Shown: positions 60,415-64,000 of the stretch, one piece after another
Layout of the letters: each line of letters starts with the position of its first letter
Numbering within the stretch: the stretch's first letter is position 1
Assembly: GCA_965224085.1 (NCBI GenBank)
Contig: CBDCYI010000004.1
Coordinates: forward strand, 1,856,001 to 1,920,000
Length of the DNA: 64,000 bases
Reading direction: 5' to 3'
DNA from: Candidatus Marinacidobacterales bacterium
GTDB lineage: Bacteria > Acidobacteriota > Vicinamibacteria > Marinacidobacterales > SMYC01
Translations under genes and position numbers: made by a program
Notes under the pieces: model-generated
The model's input: the letters and a program-made list of their open reading frames with translations, nothing else
Databases searched by the model: none
Told to the model about the DNA's origin: nothing

Positions 60415-61200
60415 ATGAAATCCAAAGAAGTGATCGCACACGTTACCCAATGGCTCTCCGACTATCTGGAAGGGTCGAGAAGCTACGGTTTCGTCATCGG
60501 TATTTCGGGCGGTATCGACTCCGCGGTGGCCTCGGCCTTGGGGGCGCGCACGGGAAAGCCTCTTCTCGCCGTCGAGATGCCCATCCACCAGAGCCCGGCT
60601 CACGTCAGCCGCGCGCGGGAGCACGTCGAAAAACTCGCGCAAGAGCACGAACAGGTCACGTCGATCGAGGTGGAGCTCACCAGCGTCTACGAGAAGCTCG
60701 TGGAACTCTTGCCCGAAGGCGCTGACGCCAAGTCGACGGAGCTCTCGCTCGTGAACACACGTGCCCGGCTCCGGATGACGACGCTCTACTACTTTGCTGC
60801 GCGCGACCGCCGCCTCGTGGTCGGAACGGGGAACAAAGTCGAGGATTTCGGCGTCGGCTTCTTTACGAAATACGGAGATGGCGGGGTCGACTTGAGCCCC
60901 ATCGCCGATTTGACGAAGACGGAGGTCAGAGCACTCGGCGCCGAGCTCGGGATCGACGACACGATTCTGGACGCGGCCCCTACGGATGGCCTATGGGGTG
61001 ACGACCGCACCGACGAAGAGCAATTGGGGGCGAGCTATCCGGAGCTGGAATGGGCAATGAGCTTCTCGGGAGACCCAGACTTGCTCGAGGCCCGCGAGCG
61101 CGACGTGCTCGAGATTTACCGGCGCTTCCACGCAGCAAACCGCCACAAGATGGAGCCCATCCCCGTCTGCGAGATTCCGGAATCGCTACGTGAAAGCTAA
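60415..61200 (+). CDS. nadE: NH3-dependent NAD+ synthetase
   Basis: GISGGIDSAV, NTRARLRM, GFFTKYGDGG, PIADLTKTEV, PTDGLW...TDEEQLG. Confidence 0.96.
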   Translation: MKSKEVIAHVTQWLSDYLEGSRSYGFVIGISGGIDSAVASALGARTGKPLLAVEMPIHQSPAHVSRAREHVEKLAQEHEQVTSIEVELTSVYEKLVELLPEGADAKSTELSLVNTRARLRMTTLYYFAARDRRLVVGTGNKVEDFGVGFFTKYGDGGVDLSPIADLTKTEVRALGAELGIDDTILDAAPTDGLWGDDRTDEEQLGASYPELEWAMSFSGDPDLLEARERDVLEIYRRFHAANRHKMEPIPVCEIPESLRES

Positions 61201-61268
61201 CCGCGCGCGAGCTCGTCGAAAGCGCCCAACGGACAACCGATGCAGATGGCAGATCGCCGACAACTGAG

Positions 61269-62219
61269 TCATGGATTACTTCGACGACGGCGGCGCAGGC
61301 GTGATTTTCTTGGAGCGTAATAACCTTCGCGGACGCGCACGACCGTTCCCGAGGCTGCTGTCAGGATTTGAAGGCGCCGCCACTTGCCGTCCTGCTCGCT
61401 ATTCGTCGAGACATAGCCGAGGCTGTATTGACTCTTGAGCTCGGTCGCGATCTCTTCATAGACGCCGGCCAAGTCTTTGAGCTCCTCCGGCGCATAGGAC
61501 TTCCCGGCACTCTCACGCGCTAGCACATCGAGCTCGTATTTAGCGTTTCGATATTTTTCCTTCTTGAGATCCGCCTGGTTCGCACGGAGCGAGATCGCGT
61601 AGATGATGACGTTGCTCTTCCGGGCTTGTGTTTTGACGTCCTCGAAACCGAGCCTGGAACGCGTGTCATTGCCGTCCGAGAGAACGACCACCGCGCGCCG
61701 GTCGAGCTCGTCCCGTCGGTAAGCTTCGAGATCTTTGATCGAGACATAAATCGCGCGGTAGAGCGCTGTCGCTCCTTTCAGCTTCGTCGAGCGGATGGCG
61801 TTCGCGACATCGTCGAAATCCGAAGTGAACTCGACCAGTGTCAAGACGCGCTCGCCGAACTCGACAACTTGAACTTCGTCGCCAGGCTTGAGTGATTCCG
61901 CGAAGCGTATCGCGGCTTCCTGCGCCATGGGAAGCTTCTGACGCATGCTTGTCGAGACGTCGAGCAAGATGACCATCTTCAGAGGAAGCTCACCGTGCGA
62001 AAAGAACTGGACGTCCTGCTCCACGCCGTCTTCGAAGATGGTGAAGTTGTCTTCGTCGAGCCCGGTCACGAGGCGGCCTTCCTCGTCGAGAAGCGTGAGC
62101 GCGACGCTCACCGTATTCACGGCCACGCGGAACTGAGGACGATCCGCCTGTGGATCCTGGCCGAGGGCCGGGACAGCCAGAAAACAGAGGGCCAAGCGTT
62201 CGAGCGAAGTGTGTCTCAC
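61269..62219 (-). CDS. Secreted VWA-domain protein (acidobacterial VWFA-related)
   Basis: LVTGLDEDNFTIFEDGVEQ, MIDAS DVSTSM, TALY, LSDGND, ELKSQYSLGY. Confidence 0.9.
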   Translation of the reverse strand: MRHTSLERLALCFLAVPALGQDPQADRPQFRVAVNTVSVALTLLDEEGRLVTGLDEDNFTIFEDGVEQDVQFFSHGELPLKMVILLDVSTSMRQKLPMAQEAAIRFAESLKPGDEVQVVEFGERVLTLVEFTSDFDDVANAIRSTKLKGATALYRAIYVSIKDLEAYRRDELDRRAVVVLSDGNDTRSRLGFEDVKTQARKSNVIIYAISLRANQADLKKEKYRNAKYELDVLARESAGKSYAPEELKDLAGVYEEIATELKSQYSLGYVSTNSEQDGKWRRLQILTAASGTVVRVREGYYAPRKSRLRRRRRSNP

Positions 62220-63382
62220 GATTTCGATTCCCGAACGGCGGCGAGTCGCTTTTCCGCCTGATCGAGCACCCTAGCGGCTTCTTGCGCCGTCTTCTCTTTC
62301 ACTCCCGCATCGACAGCCTTTTGGACCCACCGACGACCCGTCGCGAGCTCTTCATCGAGCTCGTCCATCTCGAGCGTCGTCAAGCTGAGCCGCTTGGACG
62401 TCACGAACGCCTCGATCCAGGAGCCCTTGGCCTCGATCGCTTTCAAGAGGAGCTCCGGATCGTTGGGCGCCAAACGATAGCGGAAATAGTAGACCTCGGA
62501 GGCGTCCCGAAGCGCTTCGGGGTGTTTCTGAGTCGCGAGACTGGTGGCGAACCGGAGCGTCATGTCCTTATCATCGGCGGCCATACCGATCACTTGTTCC
62601 AAATAGTGAGGAGGAAACCAAGGTCCTCTTCCACCTGGACCACCGCCATCGGACGAGCCTTCTTCCAGACTGACCCTCAGCGTCGCGTGCTTGAGGCGTG
62701 AGATAGACGAGCGCCGAGACGTCATCGAGCCGCGGCCAGAAATGGCCCACAGGCTGAGCTCCAGTACACCGTCTTCGAGCATGACGTTCCCGATAAAAGC
62801 GCCACTATCGGCGGGAAACCCGCCCTCGGACTCGACATCGGTTGTGTGCTGGAGCGTGATGCTCAGCGTCTCCGGATTCAACTGCGCTTCCGTGACCGCG
62901 GCCTCGAGCCGGTCACGCCCGAAGGACTTTCGCGTTTGGTCCTCTGGAACGTGGATGCGAAGCATGCCGAGCCCCGAGAGCAGCCGAAGACGAAGCTCGT
63001 CGAGCCACAAGCTGTCGAGCGCGTCGTGGTAGAGCAGAAGCTCGTCGGCGAGCTGAATCCGGTCGCCGGGTCTCAAGGGCCGCTCTTCGTGCGCACGCAC
63101 CGGATCGCCGTTCAGCCGGCTTCCGTTCGAGCTCCCAATATCGACGAAACCCACGCCGGCGTCGGTCTTACGGATGGCGGCGTGCCGCCTGGAAACACGC
63201 GGCGAGCTCAGCGCCACGTCGTTCTCCGGGAGCCGTCCGAGGCGGTTGTCATCGCCCGCAAGCGCGTAGACGCGGAGCGTACGGAACGCGTAGACGTAGC
63301 CCCAGGGCTCCGGCAGGTCCTGCGCAGGGGCGGGCGCCGTCAGGGTCACGGCCAACAAGACGAAAATGAAACGTCGCATCAT
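62216..63382 (-). CDS. FHA-domain protein with a signal-peptide-like N-terminus
   Basis: MRRFIFVLLAVTLTAPAPAQ; LGRLPENDV...VSRRHA...DIGSSNGS...LRPGDRIQL; GTGA overlap with the VWA gene. Confidence 0.8.
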   Translation of the reverse strand: MMRRFIFVLLAVTLTAPAPAQDLPEPWGYVYAFRTLRVYALAGDDNRLGRLPENDVALSSPRVSRRHAAIRKTDAGVGFVDIGSSNGSRLNGDPVRAHEERPLRPGDRIQLADELLLYHDALDSLWLDELRLRLLSGLGMLRIHVPEDQTRKSFGRDRLEAAVTEAQLNPETLSITLQHTTDVESEGGFPADSGAFIGNVMLEDGVLELSLWAISGRGSMTSRRSSISRLKHATLRVSLEEGSSDGGGPGGRGPWFPPHYLEQVIGMAADDKDMTLRFATSLATQKHPEALRDASEVYYFRYRLAPNDPELLLKAIEAKGSWIEAFVTSKRLSLTTLEMDELDEELATGRRWVQKAVDAGVKEKTAQEAARVLDQAEKRLAAVRESKS

Positions 63383-63519
63383 CACTACCGCCAACGGCGA
63401 GTGGACAAGATTAGGCTTCTCCTTCGAGGGCGTCAAGTGTAGTTAGTGTAAGACGCGTTACAGAACTCTTAATCCACCGGCTTTCGCACGTCGCTCGAAG
63501 CCGATACCATAGCCACGCT

Positions 63520-64000
63520 TTGATTGTGCTTCGTGACGTGAGCAAGCGCTTCGGGGAGCTCGAGGCGGTCCGCTCACTCTCGCTCACGGTCGAGCCCGGT
63601 GAGCTGTTGGTGCTTTTGGGCGGTTCTGGCTCGGGCAAAACCACCACCCTCAAGATGGTGAACCGCCTGGTCGATCCAAGCTCCGGCGCCATCCTTCTGG
63701 ACGGCGAAGATACCGCCGACATCGAGCCTCACGCGCTCCGGCGTCGCATCGGCTACGTGTTCCAACAATTGGGGCTTTTCCCGCACATGACCGTCGCCGA
63801 GAACATCGCGGTCACACCGTCGCTTCTCGGTTGGGACGCCGAGCGCACGCGCGCGCGGGTCGACGAGCTCCTGAAGCTCGTCGAGCTCGACGCCCACATG
63901 GCGGAGCGCCCGGTCGCGGAGCTTTCAGGAGGCCAGCAGCAGCGCGTGGGCGTGGCGCGAGCCCTCGCGGCTAAACCTAAGCTCATGCTATTGGACGAGC
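63520..64000 (+). CDS. ABC transporter ATP-binding subunit (OpuCA/osmoprotectant-like); runs off the window and is not in the ORF track
   Basis: Manual translation GGSGSGKTTTLKMVNRL...LRRRIGYVFQQLGLFPHMTVAENI...LSGGQQQRVGVARALA...LLDE. Confidence 0.9.
   Translation, partial: MIVLRDVSKRFGELEAVRSLSLTVEPGELLVLLGGSGSGKTTTLKMVNRLVDPSSGAILLDGEDTADIEPHALRRRIGYVFQQLGLFPHMTVAENIAVTPSLLGWDAERTRARVDELLKLVELDAHMAERPVAELSGGQQQRVGVARALAAKPKLMLLDE

Overview
GC-rich bacterial window, most likely Acidobacteriota (Vicinamibacteria-like). The taxonomy is inferred from a PadR plus ADOP-type duplicated permease pair, an acidobacterial-type VWA protein and kinase/TolB-propeller remnants. About 1-53 kb is an IS-rich mosaic (IS5 x2, IS21, IS1-like, IS91-like x2, IS200, IS1380) with tRNA-3'-end att remnants, two intact TA pairs and roughly 20 abrupt gene fusions or deletions, including a broken herA-sbcD-sbcC-nurA repair operon. 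From 53 to 64 kb the genes look intact and ordinary. Two intact, coupled operons are the best candidates for undescribed systems. (1) A MerR-like repressor plus a compact alpha-2-macroglobulin/complement-like protein with no signal peptide and a CCEQ thioester motif, behind a perfect sigma70 promoter overlapped by a 16-bp palindrome. (2) A five-gene cassette: large TPR-like protein, minimal J-domain protein, GrpE, non-canonical Hsp70 and a Zn-ribbon protein. One stretch (about 47.2-47.7 kb) looks like a consensus artefact interleaving two sequences, so the lesion pattern needs read-level confirmation. All calls come from motif recognition by eye; no searches were run.
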